Source of the DNA: Gammaproteobacteria bacterium | Lineage (GTDB): Bacteria > Pseudomonadota > Gammaproteobacteria > SZUA-152 | Reading direction: 5' to 3' | Assembly: GCA_011321815.1 (NCBI GenBank) | Contig: DROS01000096.1 | Span: 10,750 to 74,749, forward strand | DNA length: 64,000 nt | Shown: positions 30,770-40,926 of the stretch, one piece after another | Position numbering within the stretch: the first letter of the stretch is position 1 | Layout of the letters: each line of letters opens with the position of its first letter | Position numbers and translations under genes: made by a program | The notes under the pieces: generated by a model | What the model was told of the DNA's origin: nothing | The model's input: the letters and a program-made list of their open reading frames with translations, nothing else | Database searches by the model: none

Positions 30770-30920
30770 GGTCTGTCAGATTTGGTAAATCTACGGTGAA
30801 AAGTTCATTTTGACCGGTTTTCCCGGTTACGGTGTTGGATATGCGCAATATTATTCCCAAATGACCAGAAAAATGAGCTCAAAACAGCTTTCTCCTGTGC
30901 CGATCATCTAATTATCCGAT
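30766..30920 (+). repeat. Degenerate copy of the 167-bp MITE-like element
   Basis: The left end 'ttagggtctgtcaga' resembles the terminal inverted repeat. The internal block 'ggatatgcgcaatattattcccaaatgaccagaaaaatgagctcaaaacagctttctc' is homologous to the copy 1 core. It overlaps the stop codon of the Wza-like gene. Confidence 0.4.
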
Positions 30921-30968
30921 GGGCTCTGGATTTACGGAATGCAAACGAATTAATCGACAAGGCTATTC

Positions 30969-32543
30969 ATGCAGGAAATTATTCAACTAGTACTTAATTA
31001 TCTTCGTGGGATATGGCGGTTCCGATGGTACGCGATGCTGCTGGCGTGGGTGATACCTATTATCGGTTGGGTTCTCGTTGCCAAAATTCCTGATGAATAC
31101 GAAGCCACTGCCCGAGTGCTTGTGGACACCGATTCTGTTTTGCGTCCGCTGTTGCGCGGGCTTACCGTGGAGACCGACGTTCATCAGCGGCTGGCGATGA
31201 TGACCCGTACTTTGCTGAGCCGGCCTAACCTGGAAAAGGTTGCTCGTGTGACGGATCTTGATCTGAATGCGAAAACACCCGACGAAATGGAGTCATTGCT
31301 GGATGAGTTGACAAAAAAGATTCATATCAGCAGTGCCAGAGGGGCCAATCTTTATACCATTTCATACACCCACTTTGATCCGCAAATGGCAAAGGAAGTC
31401 GTTAAATCACTGTTGGCTATTTTTGTGGAAAGCACCCTGGGTGATACCCGGCAGGATTCTGATGCGGCGCAAAAATTTCTTGTTCAGCAGATAGCGGAAT
31501 ATGAGAAACGGCTTATCGAAGCGGAAAACCGCATCAAGGAATTCAAACAGAAAAATGTTGCACTAATGCCACGGGCTGGCCAGGATTATTTTGAATTGCT
31601 ACAGGATTCCCGCGCACAGTTGGAGCAGGCACGGCTGGAATTGGAGGAAGCACTCAACCGGCGGGATGAACTCAGGCGGCAGCTGGTAGGTGAAGAACCG
31701 GTATTTGGGTTTGGAAACACCAAAAGCGCCAGCCATCCCCTGGATGGGCGCATCGCCAAATTAGAGGAACAGCTGGATGGTTTGTTATTGCAGTTTACTG
31801 ACAAGCACCCTGATGTCATTGCTATTCAGGCAATGTTGGAAAACCTGAAAAACAAACGTGAGCAAGACCAGAAAAGCCCCATGGCGCGCCTTCAGGCCGG
31901 CAGCCAGTCTATGGAGCAAAACCCGGTTTATCAACAAACCAAAATTTCACTTGGGCAAGCTGAAGCGAGTGTGGTTTCTTTACAGACTCGTGTTAAAGAA
32001 TATACCCAACGGATTAATGAGCTGGCCTCGAAAGTTGATACCATTCCGGAAATCGAGGCGGAGTTAAAGAGCCTGAACCGTGACTATGCGCTGAACAAAA
32101 ACAGTTATGACACTCTGATCGCACGTCTTGAATCGGCAAAATTGTCCGAGAAGGCAGAAAGAACAGGGGAAGACGTCAAATTCACAGTTGTTGACCCACC
32201 AAGGGTGCCGTTGACTCCCTCTGCTCCCAACCGTCTGATGTTGGATACCCTGGCCCTGATTGCCGGTTTTGCCAGCGGTGTTGGGCTGGCGTTTCTTTTA
32301 TCGCAGATTCGCCCGGCATTTTATGACCAGCGCACACTGCAAACGTTTGCCGGCGTTCCGGTTTTTGGGGTTGTGAGCCGCTTGTGGACACCTGAATTAC
32401 TGCGGCGCAAACGCCTGGAGTTTGTTGCCTTTGTCAGCGTGGGAGTTGTTTTGTTGTTCGTATACAGTGGCGTAATGCTGCTGCAATACATTGATGTAGC
32501 GCAGATTTCATCGTTGGTAGAGGCCTTGAAGGAAAAAATATGA
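30969..32543 (+). CDS. Polysaccharide chain-length determinant protein (Wzz/EpsF-like, PEP-CTERM locus type)
   Basis: The 524-aa product has an N-terminal TM, a long coiled-coil periplasmic region and a C-terminal TM. Confidence 0.8.
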   Translation: MQEIIQLVLNYLRGIWRFRWYAMLLAWVIPIIGWVLVAKIPDEYEATARVLVDTDSVLRPLLRGLTVETDVHQRLAMMTRTLLSRPNLEKVARVTDLDLNAKTPDEMESLLDELTKKIHISSARGANLYTISYTHFDPQMAKEVVKSLLAIFVESTLGDTRQDSDAAQKFLVQQIAEYEKRLIEAENRIKEFKQKNVALMPRAGQDYFELLQDSRAQLEQARLELEEALNRRDELRRQLVGEEPVFGFGNTKSASHPLDGRIAKLEEQLDGLLLQFTDKHPDVIAIQAMLENLKNKREQDQKSPMARLQAGSQSMEQNPVYQQTKISLGQAEASVVSLQTRVKEYTQRINELASKVDTIPEIEAELKSLNRDYALNKNSYDTLIARLESAKLSEKAERTGEDVKFTVVDPPRVPLTPSAPNRLMLDTLALIAGFASGVGLAFLLSQIRPAFYDQRTLQTFAGVPVFGVVSRLWTPELLRRKRLEFVAFVSVGVVLLFVYSGVMLLQYIDVAQISSLVEALKEKI

Positions 32544-33424
32544 GTTCTATCGAACGTATGGTTGAAAAGCTTAAGTTGTCGACCTCCAATGGAGGTGTGC
32601 AACGTAAAGCAGTGGAACGAAAGCCTGTTGGCAAGACGCCTTCTTCTGCATCGCCCGGCAGGACAGCCAAACAACGTGAAGCAGGTTTTACCCATATCGA
32701 TATGGGTAAGCTGGAAAACTTTGGTTTTTTTGCGCCGCCTCAGGATCGTGCGAAACTGGCGGAGGAATATCGCCGAATCAAGAGACCGTTGCTGAGCAAT
32801 GCTTTCGGTAAAACGGCAGACGCTGTTGAACTGGGAAATGTGATCATGGTTGCCAGCGCCATGTCGGGTGAAGGAAAAACATTTAATACCATAAATCTGG
32901 CCCTGAGCATGGCAAACGAAATGGACATCACCGTGCTGGTGGTGGATCTTGATGTTCTTAATCCGGCGCTTACACGTTTGCTTGAGCTGGACGAAAAACT
33001 GGGGCTTACAGATGTGCTATCGGACCCTGATGTAGAACTTGCGGATGTCATCCTGTCCACTAATGTACCGAAATTAAAGATACTGCCCGCTGGGCGCAGG
33101 CACACTCAAGCAAACGAGTTGTTGGCGAGTGATCAAATGCAGCGAGTAACTCACGAATTGTCAACACGTTACCCCGACAGAATCGTTATTTTTGATGCTC
33201 CCCCCTTGTTGCTGACCAGTGAGGCGAATGTAGTTGCAGGTTTAGTGGGTCAGGTATTGCTTATTGTTGAGGCGGGAGAAACCCCCCAAAATGCGGTCAA
33301 GGAGGCGGTGGCGTTGCTTGACGAACGAAAAGTCATCGGCATTGTGCTGAATAAATACAAAGGCTCCGGTAACGGGCCACAGTACGGTTCTTATTATGCT
33401 GCGTACGGAGAGGAACAAGGTTAG
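32540..33424 (+). CDS. Protein-tyrosine autokinase (BY-kinase, EpsG-like) paired with the Wzz-like protein
   Basis: The 294-aa product has Walker A 'SAMSGEGKT', Walker A' 'VLVVDLD' and Walker B 'IVIFDAPP' motifs. It overlaps the upstream gene by ATGA. Confidence 0.8.
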   Translation: MSSIERMVEKLKLSTSNGGVQRKAVERKPVGKTPSSASPGRTAKQREAGFTHIDMGKLENFGFFAPPQDRAKLAEEYRRIKRPLLSNAFGKTADAVELGNVIMVASAMSGEGKTFNTINLALSMANEMDITVLVVDLDVLNPALTRLLELDEKLGLTDVLSDPDVELADVILSTNVPKLKILPAGRRHTQANELLASDQMQRVTHELSTRYPDRIVIFDAPPLLLTSEANVVAGLVGQVLLIVEAGETPQNAVKEAVALLDERKVIGIVLNKYKGSGNGPQYGSYYAAYGEEQG

Positions 33425-33496
33425 TGCTCTGTCCATACGATAATCACGAAACCCGCAGCGATCACATGGGTCGGGCAATAGTATTTGTTGAACCTG

Positions 33497-33646
33497 GAAT
33501 GAATCTATTGCAAAGAATCCATTTAGGCCCGTTTTTTTCGATCATTTTCGTTAAATATGCGCAATATGTTTCATCTCAAATGATCAAAAAAATGGACGCA
33601 AAATGGCTTTTTCCCGCGACGATTATTTAAGCCTGACAGGCTCCTA
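33497..33646 (+). repeat. Degenerate/truncated copy of the 167-bp MITE-like element (right inverted repeat 'ctgacaggctcctag' retained)
   Basis: An internal sequence about 75-80% identical to the copy 1 core ends in a near-terminal-repeat 'taagcctgacaggctcctag'. The left repeat is lost. Confidence 0.45.
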
Positions 33647-33692
33647 GTTCGTGATATTTCTGGCTTCGCCCCGGACAAATGATGGCTACATG

Positions 33693-35156
33693 CGATTATG
33701 TATCCAGCTTTTGGCTGCCGCCCTGCTGGTTTTGCTATCTGCCCCCGTATTTGCTGCGGAGTGGTCGGTTAAGCCCTCCTTGGAACTCAGGGAAACCTAC
33801 ACTGACAATGTTACCCTTAGCAATCCGGGCGAAGAAGACTATATCACCGAGGTTAACCCAGGGCTGGCAATACGGGCTGAGGGCCCCAGGTTGAATGCTA
33901 ATCTGGGGTATACATTGCAAAATATTTTTTATGCAAAAAACTCAAACCGAAATGCCAAATATCATCAGCTGGGAGCCAATACATCGGCAGAGCTTGTCAA
34001 GGATTTTGCTTTTCTGAACCTGAGGGCCAGTGATTCGCAGCGGGTGATTTCACCTTCCAGGGGGGGGGTGGTGGATAATCTTAATGCCGTCAACCGCACC
34101 AAAATTTCTGCCTTGGCCATTAACCCGTATGTCAAGAAACGCTTCGGAAGGAAAGCAGAAGGTTCAGCCAGCTATTCGTATGAAACTCTGGCCTACAGCG
34201 GTGGAGGAGCGTCGGATGCCAAAATTGAATCCGTAGCTGCCGGACTTCGCAGTGGACCTTCCTTTCAGCGCATGTTCTGGTCGCTGGATTATTCACAAAA
34301 AATAACAGCAAGAGCAGGCGCCAGTGATTACAGTAAGAAATCGGCCACTGGCCAGGCCAGTTATTTAGTCAATCGAAGCCTGGGCATGTTGTTCCGCGCT
34401 GGTGATGAGCGCAATGACCTTGCTTCTTCCCAAGGGCGAAATGGTTCCTATTATGCTGTTGGTGCCAGAATTATGCCGAGCCCCATACTTCAGATTGATT
34501 TGTTGACGGGGAATCGATTGAGCACGGCATCGCTTTCCTGGTCGCCGACGCCCCGAAGTGCGTTGAATCTTGTGTGGCGGGATCAAAAAGTTGGCCTGAA
34601 CACGGGCCGTGTCTGGAAAGGGACCATGTCGTTGGTGAACCGACGAATGGCCTGGAACGCAAGTTACCTTGAAGATACTACTTCGGTGCAGGGTGTGCAG
34701 AGCCTGGGGGGCGGTGGTCAACAGGGCCAGTCAAACAATTTAGCCTCCTCGGCGCTTCCCCTGTCCAACGCATTGTTTGTACGCAAACGCGGACAAACAA
34801 CTTTGGGCTATAAAACCGCCAAAAGTCTCATTAGTGTTAGCGCATACGAAGAACGCAGGTTGTTTGATACCAGCGGTAACCAAACATTACGTGGTGGTAC
34901 AGCTTCCTGGCGCTGGCATTTTGCCAGTCGTACTACCATGTTATTGCGTTTTCAGGGTTTGAACAGCGGGTATTCAGATGACTCTGGTGATCGTCGCAGT
35001 ATCAGGCTTCGCAGTGCGGATCTCAATTTTTCCCGGAAAATGGGGCGCGGGATGGATGGTAGTATCATCGCCAGCAGCAGAACCTGGGAGGGCCTGCTGG
35101 GTGGGCTAAGCCTTAGTGAAAACAGACTCAGTGTCCGTATGAAATGGAGCCTTTGA
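33693..35156 (+). CDS. PEP-CTERM-system-associated outer-membrane beta-barrel protein (EpsL-like); the track ORF starts at 33651
   Basis: The product has a signal peptide 'MRLCIQLLAAALLVLLSAPVFAAEW', an alternating amphipathic pattern and a C-terminal aromatic residue. It sits next to wza/wzz/BY-kinase as in XrtA loci. Confidence 0.6.
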   Translation, partial: RLCIQLLAAALLVLLSAPVFAAEWSVKPSLELRETYTDNVTLSNPGEEDYITEVNPGLAIRAEGPRLNANLGYTLQNIFYAKNSNRNAKYHQLGANTSAELVKDFAFLNLRASDSQRVISPSRGGVVDNLNAVNRTKISALAINPYVKKRFGRKAEGSASYSYETLAYSGGGASDAKIESVAAGLRSGPSFQRMFWSLDYSQKITARAGASDYSKKSATGQASYLVNRSLGMLFRAGDERNDLASSQGRNGSYYAVGARIMPSPILQIDLLTGNRLSTASLSWSPTPRSALNLVWRDQKVGLNTGRVWKGTMSLVNRRMAWNASYLEDTTSVQGVQSLGGGGQQGQSNNLASSALPLSNALFVRKRGQTTLGYKTAKSLISVSAYEERRLFDTSGNQTLRGGTASWRWHFASRTTMLLRFQGLNSGYSDDSGDRRSIRLRSADLNFSRKMGRGMDGSIIASSRTWEGLLGGLSLSENRLSVRMKWSL

Positions 35157-35240
35157 TTTTTGTCTCAGGCCTGTTCACATCCACCAATCCCCCGCTGACA
35201 ATAACCGATATGATAAATCTATAAAAAGGAAACCTCTGTC

Positions 35241-36365
35241 ATGAATACTTCCACGATCATGTGCGTGGTTGGCGCCCGACCCAACTTTATGAAAATTGCG
35301 CCGGTTATGCGGGCATTAAGCGCCTCTGATACCCTGCAACCCTGTCTGGTACACACAGGGCAGCATTATGACGCAGCGATGAAACATGCTTTTTTTGACC
35401 AGCTGGGTATTCCTGAGCCGGATGTGGATCTGGGGGTGGGATCGGGAACACATGCCGTACAAACAGCAGAAATCATGTTGCGCTTTGAGCCTGTGCTGGA
35501 TGAACATAAACCGGCGGCCATTCTGGTGGTGGGTGATGTCAATTCCACGATTGCCTGCTCTCTGGTAGCGGCAAAAAAAGGAATTCCTGTCATCCATGTG
35601 GAAGCGGGTCTGCGCAGCTATGACCGGGAAATGCCTGAAGAAATTAACCGGGTACTCACCGATCAAATTTCCGATTTACTTTTCATTACTGAATCGGATG
35701 CGGTTGCCAATCTCGAACGGGAAGGTATTGACAGCACCCGGGTTCATTTTGTCGGCAACGTGATGATCGATACATTACACCATCAACTGGACAGCGCCAC
35801 CTTACCGGAAAAGACTTTGGCTGATGTCACAAACAGCAAGGCATTATTGGAGAATGGTTACGCCCTGTTGACGTTGCACAGGCCATCCAATGTGGACACT
35901 CCGGATATTCTTGAGCGCCTGTTGAAAACCATGCAAACCATCAGTACTACGCTGCCCATTGTGTTCCCGGTTCATCCCCGCACCAAGGCCTGCATCGAAA
36001 AAGCCGGGTTGGGTGATCTGCTGGACAGTGCTGCAATTACCCGGCTGACCCCGCTGGGTTACAAGGAAATGCTGGGGCTGATGGCCAATGCCCGCATGGT
36101 GTTGACCGATTCCGGCGGCATTCAGGAAGAGACCACCGCGCTGGGTGTGCCTTGTATCACGCTGCGTGAAAACACAGAGCGACCCATTACCGTTGAGCAG
36201 GGAACCAATACCATTGTCGGAACAGATCCGGAAGTAATTCTGGCGGCATTCAATGAAACTGTGGAAAGCGGTGGAAAGGCCGGACAGGTGCCGGACAAGT
36301 GGGATGGTAAAACTGCTCAACGTATTATTGACGTTATCGAAAACTGGCTGGACGTTAAACGATAA
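35241..36365 (+). CDS. wecB: UDP-N-acetylglucosamine 2-epimerase (non-hydrolysing)
   Basis: The 374-aa product has '…GARPNFMKIAPV…HTGQHYD…' and a full-length Epimerase_2 fold. Confidence 0.9.
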   Translation: MNTSTIMCVVGARPNFMKIAPVMRALSASDTLQPCLVHTGQHYDAAMKHAFFDQLGIPEPDVDLGVGSGTHAVQTAEIMLRFEPVLDEHKPAAILVVGDVNSTIACSLVAAKKGIPVIHVEAGLRSYDREMPEEINRVLTDQISDLLFITESDAVANLEREGIDSTRVHFVGNVMIDTLHHQLDSATLPEKTLADVTNSKALLENGYALLTLHRPSNVDTPDILERLLKTMQTISTTLPIVFPVHPRTKACIEKAGLGDLLDSAAITRLTPLGYKEMLGLMANARMVLTDSGGIQEETTALGVPCITLRENTERPITVEQGTNTIVGTDPEVILAAFNETVESGGKAGQVPDKWDGKTAQRIIDVIENWLDVKR

Positions 36366-36392
36366 TTACCATTCATCATCAGAGACGATCCA

Positions 36393-37265
36393 GTGAATCA
36401 GCATACAATTACCAACGCAATGACAGTGGATGTGGAGGATTATTTTCAAGTCTCCGCATTTGAAAAAATTATTCCCCGTAGTGAATGGGACAATATCAAT
36501 GCACGAGTGGAAAAAAATACCGAAAGCGTGCTTGATATGTTTGATGAAGCCGGCGTGAAAGGCACTTTTTTTATGCTGGGCTGGGTGGCAGAGCGTTATC
36601 CGGGGTTAGTGAGCCGTATTGTTGCCGATGGACACGAACTGGCCAGTCATGGTTATTCGCACATACGTGTGGTCAATCAGCAACCACAGGCGTTTTTTGA
36701 CGATATTGTGCGTACCAAGAAGCTACTTGAAGATATGTCCGGTCAGCAAGTATGTGGTTATCGTGCTGCGAGTTATTCCATTGGCGCCAGAAATCTGTGG
36801 GCGTTGGATAAACTGAAAGAAGCGGGTTATATCTACAGTTCCAGTATTTACCCCATCAAACATGATTTATACGGCATGCCGGAGGCTCCGCGTTTTTCGT
36901 TTCGACCTCGTGGCCATGACGGCATCCTCGAAGTTCCCGTGACCACTGTGGAAGTGCTGAATAAAAAGCTTCCCTGTGGTGGCGGTGGTTACTTCCGGCT
37001 TTACCCCTATGCCGTTTCGCGCATGGCCATGCGCAGGGTGAACCGGCATGATGGTCAACCCGGCGTTTTTTATTTTCATCCCTGGGAAATTGATCCGGGA
37101 CAGCCGCGTCAAAAAGATATTAGTGCCAAGACGCGGTTTCGGCATTATTTGAATCTTGGGCGCATGGAAGGGCGCTTAAAAAGATTGCTCAGGGATTTTC
37201 AGTGGGACCGGATGGATAAAGTGTTTCTCGAACAGAATGCTCATTCCGGTAATTTAAAAAAATAA
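36393..37265 (+). CDS. Polysaccharide deacetylase, XrtA/PEP-CTERM-locus subfamily
   Basis: The 290-aa product has 'TVDVEDYFQV…GTFFMLGWVAERYP…LASHGYSH' (NodB-like motifs). Confidence 0.8.
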   Translation: MNQHTITNAMTVDVEDYFQVSAFEKIIPRSEWDNINARVEKNTESVLDMFDEAGVKGTFFMLGWVAERYPGLVSRIVADGHELASHGYSHIRVVNQQPQAFFDDIVRTKKLLEDMSGQQVCGYRAASYSIGARNLWALDKLKEAGYIYSSSIYPIKHDLYGMPEAPRFSFRPRGHDGILEVPVTTVEVLNKKLPCGGGGYFRLYPYAVSRMAMRRVNRHDGQPGVFYFHPWEIDPGQPRQKDISAKTRFRHYLNLGRMEGRLKRLLRDFQWDRMDKVFLEQNAHSGNLKK

Positions 37266-37296
37266 AATCAGATATTGCACAGGAGCAGAACGGGAC

Positions 37297-38364
37297 GTGT
37301 CAGAAACATCAATAGAAATAAAAGAACTGGATAGTCAATCCATGCAGCGCTGGGATGCCTTTGTCGAGGCATGTCCCGAAGCCACATTTTTTCATCGCGC
37401 AGGCTGGAAAAAAGCCATTGAAGCAGGCATGGGGCATCGTGCCCATTTTTTGTATGCAGAGCGCAATGGCGCCATTGAAGGTGTATTGCCATTGGGACAT
37501 GTTAAAAGTTTTTTGTTTGGCAATGCGCTGATGTCTGCACCTTTCTGTGTTTATGGTGGGGTTGCCGCCCATTCGGATGCAGCACGGGTCGCGTTGCATA
37601 AAGCCGCAGAGGAGTTGGCGCGCCGTCTTGGAGTGGATTACCTCGAAATGCGCAATGCACAGTTTGCCCGGATTGAGCCACCGGAATCGCAGTTGCCCAA
37701 TGAAGACTGGCTGGAAAAAGAACTGTATGTAACCTTTCGCAAAGAAATCGACGCCGATGCAGAAAAAAACCTGCTTTCCATTCCCCGCAAACAGCGGGCT
37801 GTTGTGCGCAAAGGGATCAAGGCAGGACTGGTCAGTGAGATAGATACGGACATCCAGCGCTTTTATGACGCGTATGCGCAAAGCGTCAGAAATCTGGGAA
37901 CACCGGTGTTTCCCAAAAAGTTTTTCTCCGTGCTGCGCGATGTATTTGGTGAACATTGTGAAGTGTTAACGGTGGTCAAGGACGGGCGGCTTATCAGTAG
38001 TGTGATGAGTTTTTATTTTCGGGATGAAGTTCTGCCTTACTACGGAGGTGGGACCAGCGAAGCGCGTGCCGTAAAAGGCAATGATTTTATGTATTGGGAA
38101 CTTATGCGTCGGGCGGGTGAGCGCGGTATTCGTGTTTTTGATTACGGCCGCAGCAAAATGGGTACAGGGTCTTACAGCTTCAAGAAAAACTGGGGATTTG
38201 AACCTGAGCCTCTGAAATACGAATACCTGCTGGTAAAAGCGAGCGAGATTCCGGATGTGAATCCACTGAATCCCAAGTACCAGTTGTTTATCAATGCCTG
38301 GAAGCGGTTGCCTTTGCCTGTTTCAAAATTTGTTGGACCGTTTATTTCCCGCAATCTGGGTTAG
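37297..38364 (+). CDS. FemAB-family (GNAT-fold) protein, PEP-CTERM-system-associated; GTG start
   Basis: The 355-aa product follows the deacetylase gene as in described XrtA loci, with '…FFHRAGWKKAIE…' and FemAB-like length. Confidence 0.75.
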   Translation: MSETSIEIKELDSQSMQRWDAFVEACPEATFFHRAGWKKAIEAGMGHRAHFLYAERNGAIEGVLPLGHVKSFLFGNALMSAPFCVYGGVAAHSDAARVALHKAAEELARRLGVDYLEMRNAQFARIEPPESQLPNEDWLEKELYVTFRKEIDADAEKNLLSIPRKQRAVVRKGIKAGLVSEIDTDIQRFYDAYAQSVRNLGTPVFPKKFFSVLRDVFGEHCEVLTVVKDGRLISSVMSFYFRDEVLPYYGGGTSEARAVKGNDFMYWELMRRAGERGIRVFDYGRSKMGTGSYSFKKNWGFEPEPLKYEYLLVKASEIPDVNPLNPKYQLFINAWKRLPLPVSKFVGPFISRNLG

Positions 38365-38469
38365 GTGTTAATAGTTGTTTTGACAGTCCAACCGGTGTTT
38401 GTTTTTTTATCCAATGCCGCAGGGAAAAACAGGAAAATTTTCCCGATAAACGGATATCAGTGAATTCAC

Positions 38470-40926
38470 TTAACCCTTATACGGCCCGGGCCAGCCTTCC
38501 AGCTCAAAGAGCGGCATGACGGCTCGCTCGGGCTGTTCCAGTTCCAGCGCCAACAATGCAGGACCGAGAGCCCCCCAGTAGAGATTCAAACTGTGTTCAT
38601 CCCAGGCAAAAGATTCGACAGTGGAATTAAAGGCGAAGCGTGCCAGTTGTTGGGCCCGGGCTAACCATACTTGATCGCCGGTGTGACGATAGACATGCAG
38701 CAAGGCAAAGGCACGCCCACTGAGGCCACAGCAAAGACGTGGGTGGCGGTCGGCATGCTCCCAGGCAAACCAAGCCGTCTGGATAGCCAGTTCCAGGTAA
38801 CGGGGACTCTGGATCAGTTCGTGAGCCAGACACCACAAATAAAGATACCCAGCACTGCCACTGCACCAGCCAGGGGCATGAGCAGGTGTCTCATTTTGTT
38901 GCCCCATATGCTGAACAGTACCAACCCATGATATACCTCGCCCGTGGAGAACCGCCTTTTCAGCCAGTTGCTCAAGATGTTTTACAAGCGTAACGGAAGG
39001 GGGTGTTTGCAGCAGTTTGTGCGCCAGTAGTTGAGCATAGAGCATACCGGCCCAACCGTGTGCGATACCCAGATGGGGCGTGGTTTGATCATTGCCGACG
39101 TCACCCAGCCCGGCAATGCGTGTGGCGGTATGCCGGGACGTTTCCCGCAGGAACTGTTCCAATGGTTTGACGGACAAGCGTGACGACCAACGCAATACAT
39201 CCAATAATATTGCAGCGCCTACTATCGGGCCGCTATGGCCGAAGGCAAATTCGTTTTGGCTTTTTCCGGCTTGTGCAGCACTCAGAAACTCTTCCACCTG
39301 TTGCGCGGTTGAGGCCATATCACCTCGTGCGTGACTGATCAAAGCGTGCACGCAGTGCAGACCACACCGCCCATGGTGAAGAGAAACATGACGGTAGTTG
39401 ATCTTTTTGTCGCTTACGGCGGGCAGCTCAAACCCCTGACTATCGTCAATTTGTGCAAGTGCCTGGCGGGACCAGAGGTCGGCACCCACAATCAGTTGCG
39501 GAGAATTGCGTATCTGTGCGGCACGGTAGAGAAACCATGCCAACCCGGCTGCACCAGACTGAATGGACAGCGTTGGTGCGGTAGTGAACAGTTCCGCTAA
39601 TGGGCGTGGAGCATCCACCGTGCGTTCCAGAATTGCATCGACCAGGGACAGCATCTTTGCGGCTGGGCGCACCTCGTCAACCTGATTGCGTTGTGTGGGG
39701 GGCTGTGCACGGCGAAAAGCCTCGCTGAACAGTTTAAGCGAAGGAAAGCGGGCCTGCGCCTTTTTGGCCATAGCGCGCTGTAACACGGATTCTATGTCAG
39801 GCCAGCTTTCAAACCCGTGTCGGGCAAAGGGTAAAGGGGGACTTTCAACCACTTCTTTGTACAGTATCCCCGCCTCGGGTACCCCGGCGATGGGGTAGGC
39901 GCCACAGATCAGATAATATACCAATGCGGCCACAGCATACTGTTCACCCGCGTAGCTTGCGGGTGGCGGCGGTTCTCCGTTCAGTAATGCACTTGCCAAT
40001 TCCGGTTCCATAAACCAGGCTAAACCGGCGCGCCGATTATGATCCGTTGCTGTCCCGCTTGTTAGCAAACGCGATAACCCGAAATCGAGCAATGTAATAT
40101 TGTTGTCGGCATCCACCAACAGGTTTTTGGGATGCACATCGGCATGGATGACACCGTGACCATGAAGTTGTGCGTAGGCATCGAGCAGACGGCAACAAAG
40201 CTGGTGTATCCGGGTGCGCCAGGAGGTTGAGGTGGCGAGACGGTGTTCCCAGAAAGGCAGGTTGATTGGCACGCCGGGACACCAGGAGGTAACCAGAAAA
40301 GGGCGTTCACGATATTGCCCCTGTTCGGCCAATTGCGGACTGCCCACCCCATGCAAATGTGTCAGAATAGCAGCCTCATGTTCCAGTGCCCGCGATACTG
40401 ATGAAGCAGTATCGGGACGTGCGATTTTTAACGCAAACAATTGCCCGTTTTTCCCCTGCACTTGATAGACTTCCACGTCCTGTAGCACTTGAATCAAGCG
40501 GCATACCTCATACCCGGCAAGCATTTGCCCATTGGCAAATGACGCATGAATACTTTCCGTTATGGGCGAATCGGCGGGAACCAGAAACTGGGCATTGGAA
40601 AAACGTATTAACGCAGGGAAGACCTGCGCCAGTGTCTCTTCCGGAACAAGGTTATGTTGACGGCTGTAACGTGCAATGGCTTCGGCAAGGGGGGACGGCG
40701 TGCGAAACGTCTGTAGCAAGATGGCAGTGTCTTTATCGACAATGCGCGAAAAAGAGCGCATGCCGGGGCGTGTAACGGCATAATCGTCATCGTTGCAGTC
40801 GAGCATCGCCCGAACATGTTCCGCCAGTTCCTGAACGGGAAACAACAAGACATCAGGCGGTAAAACATACGGTTTCTGCAAAAGTTTGCGGCGTGCTTCG
40901 TCAATCATTTGTGATCCCGTTTTCAT
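38470..40926 (-). CDS. Ser/Thr protein kinase fused to a LanC-like (lanthionine synthetase C-like) cyclase domain, with an unassigned roughly 135-aa N-terminal domain
   Basis: The kinase motifs are 'FALKIARPD' (catalytic Lys), 'HGVIHADVHPKNLLV' (catalytic loop) and 'LLDFGLSR' (DFG). The C-terminal LanC motifs are 'GAAGLAWFLY', 'GIAHGWAGM' and 'WCSGSAGY…CCGLSGRAF'. Confidence 0.8.
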   Translation of the reverse strand: MKTGSQMIDEARRKLLQKPYVLPPDVLLFPVQELAEHVRAMLDCNDDDYAVTRPGMRSFSRIVDKDTAILLQTFRTPSPLAEAIARYSRQHNLVPEETLAQVFPALIRFSNAQFLVPADSPITESIHASFANGQMLAGYEVCRLIQVLQDVEVYQVQGKNGQLFALKIARPDTASSVSRALEHEAAILTHLHGVGSPQLAEQGQYRERPFLVTSWCPGVPINLPFWEHRLATSTSWRTRIHQLCCRLLDAYAQLHGHGVIHADVHPKNLLVDADNNITLLDFGLSRLLTSGTATDHNRRAGLAWFMEPELASALLNGEPPPPASYAGEQYAVAALVYYLICGAYPIAGVPEAGILYKEVVESPPLPFARHGFESWPDIESVLQRAMAKKAQARFPSLKLFSEAFRRAQPPTQRNQVDEVRPAAKMLSLVDAILERTVDAPRPLAELFTTAPTLSIQSGAAGLAWFLYRAAQIRNSPQLIVGADLWSRQALAQIDDSQGFELPAVSDKKINYRHVSLHHGRCGLHCVHALISHARGDMASTAQQVEEFLSAAQAGKSQNEFAFGHSGPIVGAAILLDVLRWSSRLSVKPLEQFLRETSRHTATRIAGLGDVGNDQTTPHLGIAHGWAGMLYAQLLAHKLLQTPPSVTLVKHLEQLAEKAVLHGRGISWVGTVQHMGQQNETPAHAPGWCSGSAGYLYLWCLAHELIQSPRYLELAIQTAWFAWEHADRHPRLCCGLSGRAFALLHVYRHTGDQVWLARAQQLARFAFNSTVESFAWDEHSLNLYWGALGPALLALELEQPERAVMPLFELEGWPGPYKG

